From an uncultured bacterium (GTDB lineage Bacteria > Hydrothermota > UBA3072 > B12-G15): a stretch of DNA of 64,000 bases. Within the stretch, counting starts at the first letter, position 1. Each line of letters opens with the position of its first letter. Where the stretch lies: contig CBFDSV010000004.1 of the NCBI GenBank assembly GCA_965612735.1, positions 8,826-72,825 on the forward strand, written 5' to 3'. This document shows positions 61,762-64,000 of the stretch, in pieces. The translations under genes and the position numbers were made by a program. Under the pieces are notes generated by a model that saw nothing but the letters and a program-made list of their open reading frames with translations, was not told the origin of the DNA and ran no database searches.

Positions 61762-63498
61762 ATGGAGATTGAAAAAAAACTTTCCGACTTTCTTTACACG
61801 ACTCTTGGTTCCTTCAGCATTGAAAGGATTGTTTTAAAAAAGAAATCAAAAAAAATCTTTGAAAAAGGGAAAACCCATAAAAGAAAAACCAAGCTTGAGT
61901 ATAAATCCAATTCTAAAACCCTGATACTCTATGCCTCTGAAACCATCAAGGGGAATAAAAGAAGGGAATTGGAGAGGATCGTAAAACACTTCTTCACACT
62001 GCTGGAATCCGCAGAAGAGATAGAGGGTAAACTTGAATCATTCAAGACTCTCCTTAATTTATCCGGGAATATCATCTCTGATCTAAACATAAAAGAGGTG
62101 ATAAAAAGATTATTGCTGGCAGGTCTTGAAATAACAGGTGTAAAACATGTGAGCATTCTCTTAATTGAGAACGACCGTTCAGGCTTTGCCTACGAAATGT
62201 ACAGATCTGACAAAAAACTGAAAACTTACCACAGCACTGCCAGAATGAAAAAGGGAATCTCTGGAAGGGTCTTGAAAACAGGAAAACCCGTTCTCGTGAG
62301 GGATATACTGAAATTAAAGGATGTCAACCCTACTGCAGTAAAAAAGGGGAGAAGAAGCCTGATAGCAGTTCCACTATTCCATACGAATAGAATAATAGGG
62401 ATTTTCTATGTTGATTCTGATGTGCCTGATGCCTTTGACCAGGAAGTCCTTGAAAGGGTTCAGTTTGTTGCAAATCATGCTGCTATTGCACTTGGAAATG
62501 CTAAACTCTTCAATGAGATAAAAAAACTTGCAGACAGGCAGGCACTTCTCTACAACCTTTCTCTCTCGCTTATTTCCTCAATTGAACTGAAGAAAATGTT
62601 GAAAAATCTTCTATTGCAACTCAAGAAAAACCTTGGCATAGAATATGGTGCCATTGTTCAGTACGATAAAGAAAAAAGTATAAACATCCCAATTGCCTGG
62701 ATAGGTTACAAGGGCTTAAAAAATCTGGTCTTTCAGATCAAGACCCCCCCTGATTCACTTGTTGCCTATGCCATAGCCCGCAAAAAAATGATATACGCAG
62801 AGGATGTAACAAAGAATAAATTCTACTACAATATGGTTGATGATATACAATCAGAGGTTGCCATTCCTCTGATTCTTGGCGAAGAGATTGTTGGTGCCAT
62901 GGTTCTTTCAAGGACTGTAAAGAACGGATTTGACCAGGAGGACCTGGAACTCCTTCTCACAATCTCCAGTTCTGTTGCCATGGCAATCAAGAATGCAGAA
63001 CTCTATGAAAAAACAAGGATTTATGCTATAACAGACCCCCTCACTGGCGTTGCAAACAGGAGAAGGATTGAGGAGATTATTGACAGGGAAATCAGCAGGA
63101 GTATAAGGTACTCAAGGATGTTCAGTCTTCTATTTATTGACCTTGATAACTTCAAGGTTTTCAATGACACCTATGGGCATACAGTGGGAGATGAAGCCCT
63201 TAAAGAGTTTGCAAATATTTTAAGAACAGCGGTGAGGAAAATAGATTCTGTTGGCAGATACGGTGGTGATGAATTCATTGTTGTTCTGGTTGAAACCGAT
63301 ATCTCAAAGGCACTTTCTACAGGTAATAGGGTAAGGAAATTGGTTCAGGAAAAGATGAAAGAGTATGGAATTACCCTCAGCATTGGTGTCTCAACATATC
63401 CCCTTCATGGAACAAAAAAATCGCAACTCGTACAGGCAGCAGACAATGCCTGTTACAGGGCAAAAAAACTGGGGGGTAACAGGGTAGCCCACCCGTGA
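61762..63498 (+). CDS. GAF-GAF-GGDEF diguanylate cyclase
   Basis: Two GAF domains (SLIAVPL, SEVAIPL); TDPLTG, DLDNFK, RKID I-site, GRYGGDEF. Confidence 0.94.
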   Translation: MEIEKKLSDFLYTTLGSFSIERIVLKKKSKKIFEKGKTHKRKTKLEYKSNSKTLILYASETIKGNKRRELERIVKHFFTLLESAEEIEGKLESFKTLLNLSGNIISDLNIKEVIKRLLLAGLEITGVKHVSILLIENDRSGFAYEMYRSDKKLKTYHSTARMKKGISGRVLKTGKPVLVRDILKLKDVNPTAVKKGRRSLIAVPLFHTNRIIGIFYVDSDVPDAFDQEVLERVQFVANHAAIALGNAKLFNEIKKLADRQALLYNLSLSLISSIELKKMLKNLLLQLKKNLGIEYGAIVQYDKEKSINIPIAWIGYKGLKNLVFQIKTPPDSLVAYAIARKKMIYAEDVTKNKFYYNMVDDIQSEVAIPLILGEEIVGAMVLSRTVKNGFDQEDLELLLTISSSVAMAIKNAELYEKTRIYAITDPLTGVANRRRIEEIIDREISRSIRYSRMFSLLFIDLDNFKVFNDTYGHTVGDEALKEFANILRTAVRKIDSVGRYGGDEFIVVLVETDISKALSTGNRVRKLVQEKMKEYGITLSIGVSTYPLHGTKKSQLVQAADNACYRAKKLGGNRVAHP

Positions 63499-63503
63499 AA
63501 TTT

Positions 63504-64000
63504 TCATTTATTCAGCCCCTTTAATATCGTATCAAGAACCTGAGAAGCAGAGCCTTCAAGGTGCAGGTCTATATGAGGGGTTAGAGGGGTTTCCTCTATG
63601 TTTATCTCCACAACAAAACCTCCGTTCTCCTTTGCAAAAAAGGGAAGGGAGGCAGCAGGATAAACAATCCCTGATGTTCCAACAAGGAAGAAGACATCGG
63701 CATTCCTTGACCATTCAAGTGCCAGGGATATATCTTCCTCCTTCAATGGCTCACCAAACCACACAACATCAGGTCTTATAAAGCCACCACATTCACAGAT
63801 GGGAATTTTCTTGCTTTGAATATCCCCGTACATTTTACCACACCTGCTGCACCTGTTCCTGAAGATATTTCCATGCAGTTCAACAAGGTTCTTTACACCT
63901 GTCTTCTCATGGAGTCCATCCACATTCTGGGTGATAACGTAAACATTAAAGTTTTTCTCAAATTCCTTTATTGTTAGATGGGCTTTGTTTGGTTCAGCCT
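63504..64000 (-). CDS. cobB: NAD-dependent protein deacylase (Sir2 family), 3' part; starts beyond window
   Basis: AEPNKAH...ITQNVDGLH, ELHG, CxxC...CxC, RPDVVWFGE, VGTSGIVYPAA. Confidence 0.93.
   Translation of the reverse strand, partial: AEPNKAHLTIKEFEKNFNVYVITQNVDGLHEKTGVKNLVELHGNIFRNRCSRCGKMYGDIQSKKIPICECGGFIRPDVVWFGEPLKEEDISLALEWSRNADVFFLVGTSGIVYPAASLPFFAKENGGFVVEINIEETPLTPHIDLHLEGSASQVLDTILKGLNK

Noticed and set aside
63504-64000. Sir2 and dGTPase (1-544) as possible anti-phage defence genes
   Set aside because: Both look like housekeeping forms (zinc-binding CobB-type sirtuin; Dgt-type dGTPase) and have no defence-island neighbours.

Overview
Gene-dense (~40% GC, visibly CpG-poor) bacterial chromosome segment. 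Gene content suggests a diderm of the FCB neighbourhood such as candidate division WOR-3 (inference): C25 peptidases with T9SS/FlgD-type C-terminal domains, GWxTD proteins and TamB. About 51 CDS; I found no rRNA, tRNA, CRISPR array or transposase. Contents: a compact bacterial microcompartment (BMC) operon (2 BMC-H, acylating aldehyde dehydrogenase, PduL) coupled to a dGTPase; housekeeping genes (birA, polA, rlmN, mtnA, PBP1A, glnA, lon, alr, pruA, sirtuin); several secreted proteins; signalling genes. The most striking locus is a ~14.8 kb operon at 45215-59981. It encodes a soluble receptor with two degenerate MCP-like hairpins fused to a DppA/OppA-type binding domain, then CheW-CheY-CheA-CheC (no CheR/CheB/CheD), a TPR protein, a DUF4388-like protein, three roadblock/MglB proteins (no MglA) and TamB. 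Two window-wide patterns also stand out: about 9 operon-leading genes look leaderless, and six exported-type proteins have only an ultra-short uncharged hydrophobic N-terminus instead of a normal signal peptide. All calls come from motif recognition by eye; no searches were run.
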